Source of the DNA: a virus
Taxonomy: Duplodnaviria; Caudoviricetes
Reading direction: 5' to 3' (one strand)
IMG/VR virus record: IMGVR_UViG_3300017788_000066
Span: 1 to 40,772 of that record
Length of the DNA stretch: 40,772 nt
Shown here: positions 23,766 to 33,023 of the stretch, piece after piece
Layout: each line of letters starts with the position of its first letter
Numbering within the stretch: the stretch's first letter is position 1
The notes under the pieces: model-generated
Seen by the model: only the letters and a program-made list of their open reading frames with translations
Databases searched by the model: none
What the model was told of the DNA's origin: nothing
Program-made: the position numbers and the translations under genes

Positions 23766-25140
23766 CGCAGGCGGGGAAAACGTGCCATTCCAGAGCGTTC
23801 TGGAGCCGTGGCAAGCGAAAGACTTTGAAGCACTCGACCCAGGATGGGAAATGGTAGCAGGACTCAGGGACAATGCACCGTTTCAGCGGTTCTACTTGGA
23901 ACGCCCACGCGGCCATTCCAAGACCACAGACATTGCGTGCATGGCCCTGGAGGTCATCTACACCAGCCAGATTCCCTTGAGCGGCTACGCAGCGGCAGAC
24001 GACCGGGACCAGGCCAAGCTGATTCGAGACGCCATCAAGGCAATGGTGATGATGAATCCCTGGCTGTCAGAGCGGGTGGAGGTCCAGAACTATCGCGTCG
24101 TGAACAAGGCGACTGGTTCTGTGCTGGAGATCATCTCGAACGATGCCGGTTCCAGCTACGGATTCACGCCGCACTTCATCATCGTGGACGAGTTGACGCA
24201 CTGGAAAAAGCAAGACCTGTGGGTATCGCTGTTCAGCTCGTCGGCCAAACGCCCAAAGTGCATGTTGGTCATCATTGCCAACGCGGGCTTTGGGCGTGGT
24301 ATCTCCTGGCAATGGCAGTTGCGGGAAAGCTGCAGAGAAGATGCCCGCTGGTACTTCTCCAGCCTCGACGGACCGCAAGCGTCGTGGATCACGGACGAAT
24401 CGCTAGCCGAACAACGCTCCAAGCTCACGGCACTGGACTATCAGCGGCTGTGGCTCAATCAGTGGGTGCGTGAGACGGGCGAAGGGCTGGATTGGAGCGA
24501 CATCGAAGCCGCGTTGACGCTACCGGGTCCGCAAGGTCACGACACGAACCTAGTCTATATCGGCTGCCTCGACGTTGGCATTCGCAACGATCATAGCGCG
24601 TTCGTGGTCATCGGGCTAGATTCGATCAATGAGCGCTACAAGGTCCATTACGTGACCAGTTGGAAGCCAGCCGACTACGGCGGGCAAGTGCTGTTGTCGG
24701 ACGTGAAGCGTGACGTACTGGAACTACACAAGACCTACAAGTTTCGGCTGCTGGTCTATGACGCCTGGAACGCCGTTGACATCGTGCAAGAGCTATCGCA
24801 GCAGGCGGCACACATGGCAGGTATTGGGCAATGCCCGCCGCTGAACCTCTGTGAGTTCCGCTTTCAGGCGCAAGGCCAGCTCGAAATGGCCGAAGCCCTG
24901 CTGCACATCTTCCGCAACCACAAGATCGACCTGTACCGCGACGAGGATTTGCTCAACGACCTGTTGCGAATCCAGATCGAGGACAAGGGGATTGGCTACA
25001 AGGTGACGGCCAAGCGTGACGACTTAGGCCATGCCGACCGAGGTATCGCACTGGCGATGGGTTTAGCTGAAGGCATGAAGGGTATGAAGATTCTGCGTGA
25101 GCCGCGTTACGACGACGGATTAGGGGATTCGCTGATATGA
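23608..25140 (+). CDS. terL: Terminase large subunit
   Basis: PWQ, Walker A RPRGHSKT, Walker B FIIVDEL, coupling motif IIANAG, nuclease GCLDVG..NDHS and GHADRGIA. Confidence 0.93.
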   Translation: MATCESPILTSDELNCLASLLPHLTEQEQSRIAELLTPQPTPSEQFRQRLMISAGGENVPFQSVLEPWQAKDFEALDPGWEMVAGLRDNAPFQRFYLERPRGHSKTTDIACMALEVIYTSQIPLSGYAAADDRDQAKLIRDAIKAMVMMNPWLSERVEVQNYRVVNKATGSVLEIISNDAGSSYGFTPHFIIVDELTHWKKQDLWVSLFSSSAKRPKCMLVIIANAGFGRGISWQWQLRESCREDARWYFSSLDGPQASWITDESLAEQRSKLTALDYQRLWLNQWVRETGEGLDWSDIEAALTLPGPQGHDTNLVYIGCLDVGIRNDHSAFVVIGLDSINERYKVHYVTSWKPADYGGQVLLSDVKRDVLELHKTYKFRLLVYDAWNAVDIVQELSQQAAHMAGIGQCPPLNLCEFRFQAQGQLEMAEALLHIFRNHKIDLYRDEDLLNDLLRIQIEDKGIGYKVTAKRDDLGHADRGIALAMGLAEGMKGMKILREPRYDDGLGDSLI

Positions 25141-26687
25141 AACTAGCATTCTGGCGTCCATCGCTCTCGCCGCTCCAAGAGCAGCTACAAGGCAAGCTGA
25201 CCGCACTCGACGACCAGCTCACCGCCAAGCTGCTGGAATACATCGACCTGACGGCCAACTACGTCGACCCACGCGAACGCTACTACGATCCAAGCGGGAC
25301 TGTGTGGAAGCAACTTGGCTCAGGTGGCGCTGAAGATCAGAGCCCTACCGACTATTCGCGTTTGACCAACGAACAAGACCTCACGGCCGTTCGCGACTAT
25401 TGCCGCAACCTGGCAGCCGAGAACCCGTTCGCCATCAATCTCCATGAAAACATGGTGAACTACATCGCTGGCGACGGCGACAAGCCCACCATTGTTGCGC
25501 AGAAGGGCGAAGAGATAGACGATGGCAATCTCAAGGCGATGCAGGAAGTGCTCGACGAATGGATGTACGAAAACCACTGGGTCACTCGGCAGCAAGAGTC
25601 TGTACGCCGATTCGACCGGGATGGCGAGTTCTTTCGCCGCTACTTCCGGGGTGAAGATGGGAACTTGTCGATCCGATTCGTGGAACCCAACCTCGTCACG
25701 CAACCACCATCGCACCCCGAGAAGCATAACGCCTTTGGCATTCAGACCGACCCGGACGACGTAGAAACGGTCATAGGCTACTGGGTAGACGGCGAGAACG
25801 TACCAGCCGAAGAGATTCAGCACGTCAAGGCGAACGTCGATTTAAATGTGCGGCGTGGTGTGCCAACCACCTGGCCCATCGGCGAAATGCTCAAGCGTGC
25901 CTGTAGCGTTCTGGAGAACATCGCAGTCACCAGCCAGATACAAACGGCGATTGCCTTGATTCGTCGGCATGAGAACGGGACAGCGGCAGGTGCCACGTCG
26001 ATGCGTACCAGTGCTTCGGCATTCAGCCGCACGGACTCACGCACCGGTAAGACCGATTACATTCAGAACCGCAAGAAGGGGCAGATCATCGACGCCCCTG
26101 CCGGAATCGAATACGACTTCCCTGCCAGCGGCCTTGACGTGGAGAAGTATGGGGCAGGCGTGCAAGCCATCCTGAGAGGCGCAGCGGCCCGCGTGTGCTT
26201 CCCTGAATTCATGTTCACATCAGACGCCAGCAATGCAAACTATGCGTCTACGATGGTCGCAGAGGGCCCTGCGGTACGGATGTTCCAGCGCCGGCAACGC
26301 TTGCAGCGTGACGCCGATTTGGAAGTGCTGTGGAAGGTACTTGAGTACAAGGCGGAAGCCGGGCTGATTGACGGTTCGTTACTTGAGCGTATTGAGATCA
26401 TGACCGAGCCCCCGCGTGTTCAGGTTCGCGACGAAAAGGCGTTTGCGGACACGAACAAGATTCTGGCGGACGCGAAGATTCTTTCGCCGCAGACGTGGTC
26501 GGCCAAGAGCGGCTTGGATTACGAACAAGAGCAATCGAACATCGAAAAGCACCAGGAGTCCCATCCCGGCCAGATGCAGCAGGCGGAGATTGACGTACTC
26601 AAGGCGAAAGCGGTTGGCGGCGATGCGTTGCAGCAGGCCGATCGAGCGGCCCGGATGGAAGCGGTGGAGGCGTATTTAGGTGGCTGA
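25137..26687 (+). CDS. Portal protein
   Basis: Follows terL; RDGEFF, IRFVEP, EEIQHVK, RGVP, DASNANYAS motifs (lambda-like portal). Confidence 0.9.
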   Translation: MKLAFWRPSLSPLQEQLQGKLTALDDQLTAKLLEYIDLTANYVDPRERYYDPSGTVWKQLGSGGAEDQSPTDYSRLTNEQDLTAVRDYCRNLAAENPFAINLHENMVNYIAGDGDKPTIVAQKGEEIDDGNLKAMQEVLDEWMYENHWVTRQQESVRRFDRDGEFFRRYFRGEDGNLSIRFVEPNLVTQPPSHPEKHNAFGIQTDPDDVETVIGYWVDGENVPAEEIQHVKANVDLNVRRGVPTTWPIGEMLKRACSVLENIAVTSQIQTAIALIRRHENGTAAGATSMRTSASAFSRTDSRTGKTDYIQNRKKGQIIDAPAGIEYDFPASGLDVEKYGAGVQAILRGAAARVCFPEFMFTSDASNANYASTMVAEGPAVRMFQRRQRLQRDADLEVLWKVLEYKAEAGLIDGSLLERIEIMTEPPRVQVRDEKAFADTNKILADAKILSPQTWSAKSGLDYEQEQSNIEKHQESHPGQMQQAEIDVLKAKAVGGDALQQADRAARMEAVEAYLGG

Positions 26688-28371
26688 CCTCTCCAACCGC
26701 TCCCAGTACGAAGCCGAACTGGCCGCCAAGGTCGCGGAGATTCTACGCCAGCACCGGGCGGAAATAGAACGCGGCATCGACCCGCCCGAAGCCGAACGGA
26801 GACTACGCACCGAGTTCCTGCTGCTATTCGGCCTGGTGTTCGTTGTGGGCTCACGTACGGCCGCTGGTGAGCTTGGAATTGCAGTCGAGGCACAGAACGC
26901 TGGCCGCCGCTGGGGTGACGTATACGGGGCGTCTGTTTCGCGTGGCGTGATGGACGCAGTACGCAAGCGGGTGGAGAAGGCCAGAGCAAAAGACCTGACC
27001 GGCGAACTAGGGCTGGTCAAACAGACGGTCGAGAAGCTGATTGACGGCAACACCTGGAACAACTTTGCAGCGACCGAGGTGACCCGCGCGAACACGGCAG
27101 GCGGTGAGTTCACGGCGTTCGTTTACAACTCGGGGCGAGTTTCGCGTGAGCGGCCGCAGCCGTTTGTCGGTGAGCCGATCACGCCCGAACTATCGCCGGA
27201 CCTTGTGCCGGTAGAGCCTGAACCGCCGAGCGACGAACCAACGATCCCCGAGCCGGCGCTAGCGCTGTGGCATACGTCACGGGACGACAAGGTGTGTCCG
27301 CGTTGCAGACCGCTGCACGGCAGACCGCGTGAGGAATGGCAGCTTGTCGCGCCGATGGGTCCGCCGCTGCATGTGGCGTGCAGGTGCTACATCGACTACG
27401 CACTGGAAGCCAGCGAAGCGTATCTAGGTGAGTCTGAGAACCGAGACGGCGAGAAGGGCGTTTGGCGTACGATTAGAGGCGCGAAAGTCTTTATCAAAGA
27501 CGGCAAGATCACGAAGGGGCCGAAGGCACTTATCGACAAGACGCCCGACGAAGTCGAGAGCGACGAGAAGCCGAAGCGCAAACGCAAGTCGGCGGCATCT
27601 AAGCCGGACAAGGTGAAAGACGACAGCAGCAAGCCGGAGCCCGAGCCGAAAGATGACAAGCCGAAAGGCAAGGTCAAGCAGACCGACACGGCGGAGTTTA
27701 AGGCGTGGTTCGGTGACTCTAAGGCCGTTGACAAGAACGGCAAGCCGCTGGTGGTTTATCACGGGACTCGAGCGCCCGGCTTCGGAGAGTTTGACCCCAG
27801 CAAGGCGAGCACGGCCGCACTGTACGGCCCCGGCGTTTACCTGACTGAAGCGCCAGACATTGCCTCAGAATACGCCAGCAGGACCGGAGGCGTTTATCCG
27901 GTTTACGCACGGATTGAAAGCCCGCTAGACCTCGATGCGCCGGCGACTGATGGCATGAAGGCGAAGGTGGCAGCCGCCATTCGATCGTACAAAGTTGCCG
28001 CTCCAAAAAAGAAATGGGAGGCCAAGGTCAACAAGTCGATTGATGCGGCGCTCGAGAAGCTGGCGGACGCATCGGGAAGCAACAACGACATTTTGAAGGC
28101 GATGCACGGTGCTCAGTTGGGACTCAGGACGGTAGACGGACCAGACGGAAAGGTGATGGTGTACCAAGAATTCAGCGATGCCATGAATGCCGAGGTCTTG
28201 AGTCGTGGCGGCTTTGATGGGCTTACGCACGTCGGCGGCAAGATCATGGGCAACAAAGAGCACCGAGTGTGGATTGCATTTACGCCCAACCAGATCAAGT
28301 CTGCAACCGGCAACCGTGGCACGTTCAGCCGCAAGAGCAACAGAATCGACGAGCAGCACCACGGAGCCTAG
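26680..28371 (+). CDS. MuF-like head morphogenesis protein fused to an ART-PolyVal-like ADP-ribosyltransferase domain
   Basis: AATEVTRA...WHTSRDDKVCPRC.PLHG...PPLHVACRC; linker VWRTIRGAKVFI; EFKAWFGDSK.VD.NGKPLVVYHGT...GPGVYLT...VYPVY...IAFTPNQIKSATGN.GTF. Confidence 0.8.
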   Translation: MADLSNRSQYEAELAAKVAEILRQHRAEIERGIDPPEAERRLRTEFLLLFGLVFVVGSRTAAGELGIAVEAQNAGRRWGDVYGASVSRGVMDAVRKRVEKARAKDLTGELGLVKQTVEKLIDGNTWNNFAATEVTRANTAGGEFTAFVYNSGRVSRERPQPFVGEPITPELSPDLVPVEPEPPSDEPTIPEPALALWHTSRDDKVCPRCRPLHGRPREEWQLVAPMGPPLHVACRCYIDYALEASEAYLGESENRDGEKGVWRTIRGAKVFIKDGKITKGPKALIDKTPDEVESDEKPKRKRKSAASKPDKVKDDSSKPEPEPKDDKPKGKVKQTDTAEFKAWFGDSKAVDKNGKPLVVYHGTRAPGFGEFDPSKASTAALYGPGVYLTEAPDIASEYASRTGGVYPVYARIESPLDLDAPATDGMKAKVAAAIRSYKVAAPKKKWEAKVNKSIDAALEKLADASGSNNDILKAMHGAQLGLRTVDGPDGKVMVYQEFSDAMNAEVLSRGGFDGLTHVGGKIMGNKEHRVWIAFTPNQIKSATGNRGTFSRKSNRIDEQHHGA

Positions 28372-28374
28372 CGT

Positions 28375-28659
28375 GTGCGTGTCCGTATCCTCGGCAAATA
28401 CTGGAACCTGCGTTGCGTGCCGAACCTCGGCAAGAATCACGGGATTTGCCAGCACCCGGAAAAGACCGCCAAAGAGATTCACATTCAAGGCGGATTGCGT
28501 GGTGCGCAGCTCATGGAGACCGTCATTCACGAAGTCTTACACGCGGCCAACTGGCACTTAGATGAAGAATTCGTAACGGACTTCGCGCACGACGTGACCA
28601 AGATTCTCAAGCGTAAGGCGCTATGGGACAAGATCGTTGACCCCGGAGAACGGAAGTGA
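28375..28659 (+). CDS. Small HExxH zinc metallopeptidase-like protein
   Basis: HGIC...IHI...METVIHEVLHA...EEFV. Confidence 0.75.
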   Translation: MRVRILGKYWNLRCVPNLGKNHGICQHPEKTAKEIHIQGGLRGAQLMETVIHEVLHAANWHLDEEFVTDFAHDVTKILKRKALWDKIVDPGERK

Positions 28660-28919
28660 TGGCGAAGAAACCAAGCGGGCTACTCGACGCCGTACTGGCA
28701 TCTCAGCCCCTCAAGACCGGACCCAAGACATGGTTCGGACGAATGGAAGAAGGGGACGCCAAAAGCCAGCTACGTGAACTGCACGCGGCATGGCACGCTG
28801 GCAAGCTCGATCGTTACTCGATGACGGACTTGCTCAAGACGACCCGCGAAGTGCTGGGTATCGAGATTGGCGTCAGCGGGTTTGAAAACTGGCTTAAAAA
28901 GGCGGACCCTGATGGCTAA
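28656..28919 (+). CDS. Hypothetical protein
   Basis: Coupled to both neighbours. Confidence 0.6.
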   Translation: MMAKKPSGLLDAVLASQPLKTGPKTWFGRMEEGDAKSQLRELHAAWHAGKLDRYSMTDLLKTTREVLGIEIGVSGFENWLKKADPDG

Positions 28920-30003
28920 GCGCAAGCCGAAGCCCGTCGAGAAGCCGTCGCTGGTGGCAACGCTCTCGGCGGAACAGCAAGAGCGAATTGCGGACGCTTT
29001 GAAGCCGGACGCCTTTATCGCTTTGCTGCGTGGCAAGCGGATGACGACCCGCCAGCTTTGCGAAAAGACGGGCGGCGATGAGCAGCAGGTGATGGATGCC
29101 ATCTATCACTGCCAGGGCAAGGGCTATTTGCTGAATCTGTTTGGCGACCAGTGGGAGCTATCTAAGGCACCAGCCGCCAGCGACAAGCGGGACGTTTACA
29201 AGAGCCGGCCGGATGGAACCTACCTGTTTGGATTCTCCAGCGACCAGCACTTGTGCAGCAAGTACGAACGGCTGGACGTACTGAACAGCCTTTATGACCA
29301 CTTCGCCGAGCAAGGCGTTGACCGGGTGTTCAACGCTGGCAACTGGATCGACGGCGAGGCGCGATTCAACAAGCACGACTTGAAAGTCCACGGGCTCGAT
29401 CCGCAGCTTGACTACCTGGTGGACAACTACCCGCAGCGTAAAGGAATCGTCACCTATGCCATCGCGGGCGACGACCACGAAGGATGGTACGGACAGCGAG
29501 AGGGCATCGACATCGGCGCTTATGCGCAGGACAAGATGCGAAAGGCCGGCCGCACGGACTGGGTGCATTGCGGGTACATGGAAGCGTTCACGGCCCTAGA
29601 GCACGCCAAGACTGGCGCGACAGCTTATCACCTGAACATGCACCCCGGCGGAGGAAGCTCGTACGCTGTTAGCTACCGACCGCAGAAGATCATCGAGAGC
29701 CTAGCTGGTGGTGAGAAGCCGGCGATTCTGGGCATCGGCCACTACCACAAGATGAGCTTCAACAGCTTCCGTAACGTGTGGGTTTATCAGGCAGGAACTA
29801 CGCAAGACCAGACCATCTTCATGCGGAAGAAAAGCCTAGAGGCGCACGTCGGTGGCGGGAGCATCAAGGCGACACAAGACCAGGACTCGGGCGCAATCGT
29901 CGCGTGTCGAATCGAGTTCTTCCAGTATTTCAACCGTGGGCACTATGACGGCCGCTGGAGCAATTCCGGCGAAGTCTCACTTGTCCCCCGAGGTGCGGCA
30001 TGA
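28912..30003 (+). CDS. Calcineurin-like metallophosphoesterase with N-terminal wHTH
   Basis: SDQH, AGNWIDG, AGDDHE, HPGGG, GHYH motifs; N-terminal MTTRQLCEK...VMDAI...GKGY. Confidence 0.85.
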   Translation: MAKRKPKPVEKPSLVATLSAEQQERIADALKPDAFIALLRGKRMTTRQLCEKTGGDEQQVMDAIYHCQGKGYLLNLFGDQWELSKAPAASDKRDVYKSRPDGTYLFGFSSDQHLCSKYERLDVLNSLYDHFAEQGVDRVFNAGNWIDGEARFNKHDLKVHGLDPQLDYLVDNYPQRKGIVTYAIAGDDHEGWYGQREGIDIGAYAQDKMRKAGRTDWVHCGYMEAFTALEHAKTGATAYHLNMHPGGGSSYAVSYRPQKIIESLAGGEKPAILGIGHYHKMSFNSFRNVWVYQAGTTQDQTIFMRKKSLEAHVGGGSIKATQDQDSGAIVACRIEFFQYFNRGHYDGRWSNSGEVSLVPRGAA

Positions 30004-30329
30004 GTATCAAAATCTACGTGGCTGGCCCATACACCAGCGCCCCGCTCGACAACACGCTGACCGCCATCGACGCGGCCGACAACCTGCTGCGACTGGGCTA
30101 CGTGCCATTCATTCCACACCTGTCGCACTTCTGGGACGAACGGCATCCGCATGAGTACGACGAATGGCTCGGGTGGTGCATCGAGTGGGTCAAGTGCTGC
30201 GATGCCATCTTGCGACTACCGGGCGATTCGATTGGCGCTGACATCGAAACGGAATTGGCGGCGGCAATCGACATCCCGGTTTATGAGTCAATCGAGCAAC
30301 TACACCAAGCAATGCAGGAGAACGCATGA
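30000..30329 (+). CDS. Nucleoside 2-deoxyribosyltransferase-like (DUF4406/DUF1937-type) protein
   Basis: IYVAGPYT...GYVPFIPH...CDAILRLPGDSIGADIE...IPVY. Confidence 0.8.
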   Translation: MSIKIYVAGPYTSAPLDNTLTAIDAADNLLRLGYVPFIPHLSHFWDERHPHEYDEWLGWCIEWVKCCDAILRLPGDSIGADIETELAAAIDIPVYESIEQLHQAMQENA

Positions 30330-30595
30330 GCGTCGAGTTTAAGCCGCGATGGCTGAAGGGCGACCATGGTGGCAACAGCATGGACTCACTGGCGGACCCA
30401 GTGAACTCACCAGCCCACTACACGGCAGGCGGGATCGAGACGATTGACTACATCGAAGCCAAGGGGCTGGGCTATCACCTCGGCAACGCGGTGAAGTACA
30501 TCAGCCGCGCAGGACACAAGACGCCAGACGCTACGCAGGACATCCGCAAGGCGATTTGGTACTTGGAGCGGTACTTACAGGGTGAGGCGAAGTAA
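30326..30595 (+). CDS. DUF3310 domain protein
   Basis: DPVNSPAHYTAGGIETIDYIE...LGNAVKYISRAGHK...DIRKAIWYL. Confidence 0.9.
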   Translation: MSVEFKPRWLKGDHGGNSMDSLADPVNSPAHYTAGGIETIDYIEAKGLGYHLGNAVKYISRAGHKTPDATQDIRKAIWYLERYLQGEAK

Positions 30596-30777
30596 TGCTG
30601 ATGGCGTCAGAGGAACGGAAGCCACGAGTCAACGCGGTCATCTGCAATACGGTGAACCCGGATGGGTCCGTGTGTCGTGGCGTGTGCTATGCCTACAAGT
30701 CGAAGGTGCTCGTCACCTACTTTCGCTGCGAGTGCTGCCTGCGGACGAAGAAGGTGACTCGGCCGAGAGCTGGTTGA
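30595..30777 (+). CDS. Small zinc-ribbon protein
   Basis: C..........C...Y.S......YFRCECC..TKK (Ogr/Com-like spacing). Confidence 0.55.
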   Translation: MLMASEERKPRVNAVICNTVNPDGSVCRGVCYAYKSKVLVTYFRCECCLRTKKVTRPRAG

Positions 30778-31111
30778 TAATCGCCCGTATCGCTGAGTAG
30801 CTCGCCGCCCGCGTGGCGTCGTTATGTTCGGACACTTTGTTCGCCACCGATCGAAGCTCCGCGTAATCACACTGATTGATTAAGTCACCTGCAACGCAGA
30901 TTGCATGCGCCATCGCGGCAACTACTGAAAATTCATCCTCGGAAATGGCGAAGTAGGAAACAGCCCTAGCAAGCGCAAAACCTAGGGAGGCTTCTGCAAA
31001 CACGCAGTTTCCGGGGTCATCGTTTTCTACAGGCTCAAAGCACGCCGTTGACGAATCGCCGTCCGGGGACGTGATCGTCACTGTCCATCTGTGCTCTTTG
31101 TTCGTTCCCAT
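30713..31111 (-). CDS. Hypothetical protein, only minus-strand gene (moron-like)
   Basis: Fills a gap with no + strand ORF; GGAG on the minus strand upstream of ATG. Confidence 0.55.
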   Translation of the reverse strand: MGTNKEHRWTVTITSPDGDSSTACFEPVENDDPGNCVFAEASLGFALARAVSYFAISEDEFSVVAAMAHAICVAGDLINQCDYAELRSVANKVSEHNDATRAASYSAIRAIINQLSAESPSSSAGSTRSESR

Positions 31112-31196
31112 CTAATTTGCTCCATAGCGTAGGTTAGTACCAGCAACTGGTACCGGGCTATTCTAGCACATGCCGCTGCATCCCTACGATGCACTC

Positions 31197-32123
31197 ATGG
31201 CCACAGCAACGACCTCCAAGTCGCAGCGCTTGACGGAGTTCACCACCGGAGTCGGCGGCAACGTCGATACCGAGAACCACGTCATCCGCAACGTCAAGAT
31301 TCTTGGCGCTAGCTCCAAGAATGGCCGCACCTACACCGAACACGCCATGCGACAGGCCATCGCCCTCTACGAAGGCGCGAAGGTCAACCTGAACCATCCC
31401 AAGGGCAAGCCGGACCAGCCTCGGGACTATCAGGATCGCATCGGCCACCTGTCGAACATCGCCTTCCGCGAATCGGCCCTGTTTGGGGACTTTCACTACA
31501 ACCCCAAGCACCCGATCGCCGGCCAGCTCATTCACGACGCCCAGCACTCGCCAGCCAGCGGCGGCTTCTCACACAACGTGCAGGCCCAGATTTCGAAGAG
31601 CGGCGGCAAGCTGGTCGTGGAAGCAATCACCCGCGTTACGAGCGTGGACCTGGTAGCCGACCCGGCCACCACGAACGGACTTTACGAACACGTCGAGGAA
31701 CCTGAAATGTCGCTCGCCGAAATGACCCTGGAGCAGATTCTCGCCGCTCGTCCCGACCTCAAGGCAGCCGTGCTCACTGAAGCGCAGCAGAGCCAAGAGT
31801 CGCAGGACCAGGCCGCCGAACTGAAGCGGCTGCGTGAGCAGGTCGACGCTTTCGAGGCCAAGGAAAAGCTGGCGGCTCGCAAGGCTGTCGTCGACGCCAA
31901 GATCGCGGAAGCCAATCTGCCGGCCGCGACCCTCTCGGCCGTGTTCCTGGAAAGCTGCTACGAAGCGACCGACGAGAAGCTTGCCAAGCTGATCGAAGAC
32001 CGGGCCTCGCTTGCCAAGCAAACGCTGGTACAGAAGCCCAAGAGCAGCGAGCAGAACGTCGTGGAATCGGTTCTCCCGCAAATCGCGGACGCGAAATCGT
32101 TCGCTGCTTTCCTCCGCAGCTAA
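31197..32123 (+). CDS. Prohead protease/scaffold protein
   Basis: VKILG..SKNGRTY...VNLNH...GFSH...SVDLVADPAT protease domain plus coiled-coil scaffold tail. Confidence 0.85.
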   Translation: MATATTSKSQRLTEFTTGVGGNVDTENHVIRNVKILGASSKNGRTYTEHAMRQAIALYEGAKVNLNHPKGKPDQPRDYQDRIGHLSNIAFRESALFGDFHYNPKHPIAGQLIHDAQHSPASGGFSHNVQAQISKSGGKLVVEAITRVTSVDLVADPATTNGLYEHVEEPEMSLAEMTLEQILAARPDLKAAVLTEAQQSQESQDQAAELKRLREQVDAFEAKEKLAARKAVVDAKIAEANLPAATLSAVFLESCYEATDEKLAKLIEDRASLAKQTLVQKPKSSEQNVVESVLPQIADAKSFAAFLRS

Positions 32124-32164
32124 ACCCGAACAAATCACCACAGTTCTAACGTGGAGCAGATAAC

Positions 32165-32902
32165 ATGGCTCGCCTCCCAAAAGTCCCAGATTCGTTCGTC
32201 ATCGCCCACGAAAGCGTTGGGTTCGAGGATCATTTTCAGGGCTTCCTGACCGCGACCTCTACCGACAAATACACCGTCGTGACTGCGGTTGACGGAACGG
32301 TTCTGCAAGTCGACTCCGCGCCAGGTGGCGTAGCCATCAAGTCGGCTGCGGCCTCCGGCTCGGGCAATGAAGATTGCTACCTTGTCCGCGAAGCCGAAAC
32401 CTTCAAGTTGGCAGCGAATAAGCCGCTGTGGTTCAAGGCCATCATTCAGTCGACCTACGATGTGGCGGACAGCCTGTTCGTCGGCTTGACAGACGGTGCC
32501 GCTGCGAACTTGCTCCAGAACGACGGTGCAGGCCCGAAGTCGAGCGGCAACACGCTTTGCTTCCACAAGGCGGACGGCACTGCGAACTGGTACTGCTACG
32601 GTCGCGATGACGCTGATGCTGACGTTTTCAACGTCGAAATGAACGCGGCCAATTCGCTCACGAAGACGGCGCAGGTCGCTGGTTCTTCGTCTGACCAGCG
32701 GCTCGAGATCGAGTTTTATCCCAAGAGTTCAACGCTGGCGGACGTGGTATTCAAGATCGACGGCGATGCTGTCTACAAGCGCACCGACTGGCTTTACGCC
32801 GGAAGCGCTACCGACTTGCAGTGTGTTGTCGGAAACAAAGACAACGCAGCCAACGAAGTGACGACCAATTTGCGTTTCTTGGGTTGCTACCAATCGCGTT
32901 AA
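32165..32902 (+). CDS. Capsid decoration/cement protein
   Basis: Between scaffold and major capsid genes; beta-rich, FEDHF N-terminal motif. Confidence 0.55.
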   Translation: MARLPKVPDSFVIAHESVGFEDHFQGFLTATSTDKYTVVTAVDGTVLQVDSAPGGVAIKSAAASGSGNEDCYLVREAETFKLAANKPLWFKAIIQSTYDVADSLFVGLTDGAAANLLQNDGAGPKSSGNTLCFHKADGTANWYCYGRDDADADVFNVEMNAANSLTKTAQVAGSSSDQRLEIEFYPKSSTLADVVFKIDGDAVYKRTDWLYAGSATDLQCVVGNKDNAANEVTTNLRFLGCYQSR

Positions 32903-32910
32903 ACAACAAA

Positions 32911-33005
32911 CCCGCCACAGGACGACAATCCGAGGCGGGCTGGAACAACATCGGGCGTCTGCCCAATGCCGACCTAGGAATTGGCATTTTAGCAGACTCC
33001 CCCGA
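32911..33005 (+). promoter_or_regulatory. Structured 5' leader of the major capsid gene
   Basis: CCCGCC/GGCGGG hairpin containing CAGGACG; nested TCGGG/CCCGA, GTCTGC/GCAGAC, AATGCC/GGCATT with loop CCTAGGAA. Confidence 0.5.
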
Positions 33006-33023
33006 CAAAGGGGAGCGAGTACT

